This document shows, piece by piece, positions 61,799 to 64,000 of a stretch of 64,000 nucleotides of DNA. The DNA is taken from positions 1 to 64,000 of IMG/VR virus record IMGVR_UViG_3300003691_000001, one strand, 5' to 3'. Source of the stretch: a virus (taxonomy: Duplodnaviria > Heunggongvirae > Uroviricota > Caudoviricetes). Every line of letters begins with the position of its first letter. Positions within the stretch are counted from its first letter, which is position 1. The translations under genes and the position numbers were made by a program. Under the pieces are notes generated by a model. It ran no database searches. It had not been told where the DNA came from and saw nothing but the letters and a program-made list of their open reading frames with translations.

Positions 61799-63991
61799 TT
61801 ATAATGAACTGATACCGTCACTTCCTCCTTGAGTAACAATACCACCTCCACCTCCTTGAGCAATCTCTACGAAGCTTCTCATAACTTTAATGAGTTCATT
61901 ATTTTGTGCTTGAAGTGCAGCTGTTGAAGTATCCCTAGCTTCAACCTCTTCTGCTTGCAAGGCGTAATATTGATCATAATATGCCTGTGCATTAGAAGTG
62001 TACTCATCTATTGCAACGATAGTACGATCTGTGTTAAAGGAATCTATTCCAGATTGCTCTATGAAGATATCCCTCATGTTCTGCTCTGTAGAATCTGACT
62101 GGGCTTCTAAATGTGCTCTGAGATCCTCTAAGGTTTGTATCGTCTCCCCGGTTAAGATGTTAGACTGTGTTTGCAACTCTATAAGAGTTTCTTGATATCC
62201 TGCTAAATCTGTATCTAAGCTTTCACCAAGTGTTGCTGCAGTCTCATTCAGATAACTCAATTGCTCTAGAGTTAATAACCTTAATGCCTCAAGTGCATCC
62301 AAGTTTGCCTGTTCAGCAACTTCCATTTGAATAGCTAATTGATCAGAGGTAAATCCATCTTGTAAAACACTAACCAAGTCTAATATTGATGCATCTATCT
62401 CTGCTAAGTTCTCATTAGCTTGATCCAATGCAGATACAACAGCTTCATCTCCTACAGATAATAATTCAGGAGCTTGCATTCCTGCTGCTATCTCAGCTAC
62501 ACCTGATACAGATGCCTTGACCAAGTTAAAGATGGATGTATAATCATCCGAACTTGCAAAGAATGCTCGAGCTTCTTCTAAATACCCTTGTGAAGCCTCT
62601 GCAAGCCTTCCTGCAGCGTCTGCATCACCACCTTGAGCTGCGGCTAAGGTGGATTCAAACGTTGCCTGTGAAGCAGCTAATCGCTCCTCAGGGGTAAGTA
62701 TTGAAACACTACTTAAGTCTAAACCTCCTAGGAAGTCATTCAACGACTGAGAAGCTTCGTTCCATGCTTCAAACAACAACATGGTTGAATCGAATGCTTC
62801 TTGGAATACAGCATTCTGAGCTGCAGCCTGTTCAGCAGCTAATGCTTCTGTAACTGCAATCTGCGCAGAAACCCTATCTTCATAAAGATCTGCAAGATCT
62901 TGCTCTTGATCCAGTCTTGTGCTATGAGCCTCTTCAAGTGCAATCATATTAACTGAATGAAGATCTTCAATAGCTGACTTCTGTGCGCTATAGTTTTTCA
63001 TTATAGCGTCGTGCGTATCATCTATCAGATCTATCTGCTCTTGTGTACTAAGAGTAAACATGTTAAACATCTGTAGAAGAAGTGAATCCAGTTCAGAAGC
63101 TCTGGCAGCTGCTACATCAAAGTTTGGAGCAGATTCTTCAAGGGATTGTATCTCTTTTGCAATAGTGGATAGAACATTGCCAACTTTATCTCGTAGCTGT
63201 TGCGCGATATCTATTTGACTCTGAGTCTCTTCTATAGACTCTGCAATAGCTTGAGATTGTATTGTAAAAGCATCTCTTACAGCATCGGCGTAATTCTTTG
63301 CAAGGCCTGTTAAAATCTCCACATCCCCTGCTGTTGAAGCCAGTTCAAGGGATGCCCTAACATATGCAAGTGATGCCACTTCAACGCCTATAATAGACTC
63401 TTCAACAGAATCATTCGCTGATCCAAGCTTGTCAATATCTTTTGTAAGGATATCTATTAAATCCGTATACGGTTGGATAACCTCTGTTACCATTTTCTCG
63501 AATTCTTCCACAACCTTATTCAAGTCCGAAAGGGCATTACCTGCTTCTACCCACTGCACTACTTGTTCAGGTGATAGAAAGTCCTTGAAAACTTCAAATA
63601 CATCAACAAACTCTTGAAGAGTACCGCCATCGAAACCTTCACCTAATATACTATGAGCTATCCCACGGCCTATGTCATCCATTTCCATAAGCATAATATC
63701 TCTTAGATTTCCTGCACTTACTCCAAGTAAACCCTCTAGGCCTACCACTTCTGTTGCGAACTTCTCCACCTGTGCCAGGAATGCATCCAATCCTCCTGCA
63801 GCCTCTAAAGCTCTCTGAGTGAAAGTTACAAAGTAGTCCCTTGCAGTGGTTTCACTTCCTAGTTCCTCTGTGAACCTTGCTACAACATCTATTCCTAAAG
63901 CTAGAAGAGCATTTTCAAAAACAACTGTCTCTTGAACAACCCTGGAAAGAGTCTCAAATAGAGCCTCTCCAACCCTTTGGAATTCCAACAT
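61799..63991 (-). CDS. Acidic alpha-helical structural protein (tape-measure-like or internal virion protein). The N-terminus may lie beyond the window.
   Basis: 730 aa, Ala/Glu/Leu/Gln-rich heptads, C-terminal Gly-rich tail. The first Met is 9 nt from the window edge. Confidence 0.4.
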   Translation of the reverse strand: MLEFQRVGEALFETLSRVVQETVVFENALLALGIDVVARFTEELGSETTARDYFVTFTQRALEAAGGLDAFLAQVEKFATEVVGLEGLLGVSAGNLRDIMLMEMDDIGRGIAHSILGEGFDGGTLQEFVDVFEVFKDFLSPEQVVQWVEAGNALSDLNKVVEEFEKMVTEVIQPYTDLIDILTKDIDKLGSANDSVEESIIGVEVASLAYVRASLELASTAGDVEILTGLAKNYADAVRDAFTIQSQAIAESIEETQSQIDIAQQLRDKVGNVLSTIAKEIQSLEESAPNFDVAAARASELDSLLLQMFNMFTLSTQEQIDLIDDTHDAIMKNYSAQKSAIEDLHSVNMIALEEAHSTRLDQEQDLADLYEDRVSAQIAVTEALAAEQAAAQNAVFQEAFDSTMLLFEAWNEASQSLNDFLGGLDLSSVSILTPEERLAASQATFESTLAAAQGGDADAAGRLAEASQGYLEEARAFFASSDDYTSIFNLVKASVSGVAEIAAGMQAPELLSVGDEAVVSALDQANENLAEIDASILDLVSVLQDGFTSDQLAIQMEVAEQANLDALEALRLLTLEQLSYLNETAATLGESLDTDLAGYQETLIELQTQSNILTGETIQTLEDLRAHLEAQSDSTEQNMRDIFIEQSGIDSFNTDRTIVAIDEYTSNAQAYYDQYYALQAEEVEARDTSTAALQAQNNELIKVMRSFVEIAQGGGGGIVTQGGSDGISSL

Positions 63992-64000
63992 AGATGGAAG

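Noticed and set aside
1-64000. CRISPR arrays, rRNA/tRNA genes, integrase or att sites
   Set aside because: No regularly spaced direct repeats, no rRNA-like conserved stretches, and no tyrosine or serine recombinase motifs were seen. Content is consistent with a virulent phage.

Overview
This window reads as part of a virulent dsDNA phage genome. From 1 to about 47,800 the + strand carries densely packed, often overlapping early and middle genes. A minus-strand structural and tail block occupies 48,004 to 63,991.

The replication set is T7-like and is called from conserved motifs in the supplied translations:
- RNase H;
- a toprim primase fused to a DnaB-like helicase, whose Walker-A P-loop is interrupted by a 322-aa intein carrying a LAGLIDADG endonuclease;
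- a family-A DNA polymerase;
- RdgC;
- an ATP-dependent ligase;
- a candidate gp2.5-like SSB;
- a FEN-type 5'-3' exonuclease.

A nucleotide-metabolism cluster follows: MazG, an NrdH-like glutaredoxin, a monomeric class II (B12-type) ribonucleotide reductase, a DUF4406/NDT-like protein and a T4 gp1-like dNMP kinase. The reductase coding sequence is split in two by a free-standing LAGLIDADG homing-endonuclease gene exactly at its active-site NPCGE region.

A lysis cassette comes next. It holds a 2-TM holin candidate, an M15 peptidase, a second 2-TM protein and a signal/SAR GH24 lysozyme.

Other notable + strand content: four calcineurin-like metallophosphoesterases, three lipase/esterase-type alpha/beta hydrolases, a Pol-beta nucleotidyltransferase, a SLOG/DUF2493 protein, an HNH-AP2 protein, a GIY-YIG/T5orf172 protein and many tiny unknown ORFs.

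The minus block encodes a class-3 lipase, a lipoprotein with a C-terminal TM helix, Ig/FN3-repeat tail fibres, three tandem paralogous fibre or spike proteins with SGNH/SASA-esterase-like domains, a 1456-aa protein with about ten putative-Ig repeats, and a partial coiled-coil structural protein.

Non-coding signals include a conserved roughly 90-nt structured element present in two copies, a repeated promoter/RBS-like motif ahead of the last + strand genes, and several terminator-like hairpins. I found no rRNA, tRNA or CRISPR. All calls rest on motif recognition by eye; no database search was possible.
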